From Eledone cirrhosa (lineage: Eukaryota), in assembly GCA_964016885.1 (NCBI GenBank), contig OZ024743.1, positions 47,058,001-47,122,000 of the forward strand: DNA of 64,000 nt, in the 5' to 3' direction. Position 1 is the first letter of the stretch; every line of letters begins with the position of its first letter. The notes beneath the pieces were generated by a model, which saw nothing but the letters and a program-made list of their open reading frames with translations, did not search any database and had not been told where the DNA came from. Positions 63,804 to 64,000 of this stretch are shown piece by piece. The translations under genes and the position numbers were made by a program.

Positions 63804-64000
63804 TACTTGGGGAGGGTCATATTTGTGTAATATTGCCAGAATTAATAACAGAACACACTCACTGTTTGGTTGGTTTTCGCTTTTCGCTTCTGTGTCTTTT
63901 ATATCGGTAATCTAATTTATTCGGTCCTCAATGTTGCCATTGACAGACCAATGGTCAAAAATAATACAGATACAATATAGACACAAACACATATATATAG

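Overview
Repeat-dense, AT-rich animal genomic DNA. The SINE and LINE tails and the (AT)n/(CAT)n tracts look cephalopod-like, probably Octopus; this is inferred, not verified. The only well-supported host gene is EMC2/TTC35: coding exons 1-6 on + at 48999-62138, continuing past the window. The rest is largely mobile DNA: CR1-type, RTE-type and RTEX-like LINE pieces (one near-full-length RTE with a PHD-like zinc finger), a deleted LTR element nested in an RTE, two tRNA-derived SINE families, non-autonomous Helitrons, Tc1/mariner-, hAT- and piggyBac-type MITEs, and Penelope-like remnants. Four things stand out. (1) Hammerhead-ribozyme folds from three unrelated repeat families. (2) An ~18 kb composite block (24.8-43 kb) with an ~830-bp internally palindromic satellite, a telomere-like hexamer gradient with an Ala/Asn/Asp-rich open frame, exon-like acidic modules, and a G-rich array framed by inverted copies of the satellite motif. 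(3) A MITE carrying a histone-mRNA stem-loop sequence. (4) Recurrent fold-back junctions in retroelements. All calls were made by eye, and repeat boundaries are approximate unless termini are quoted.
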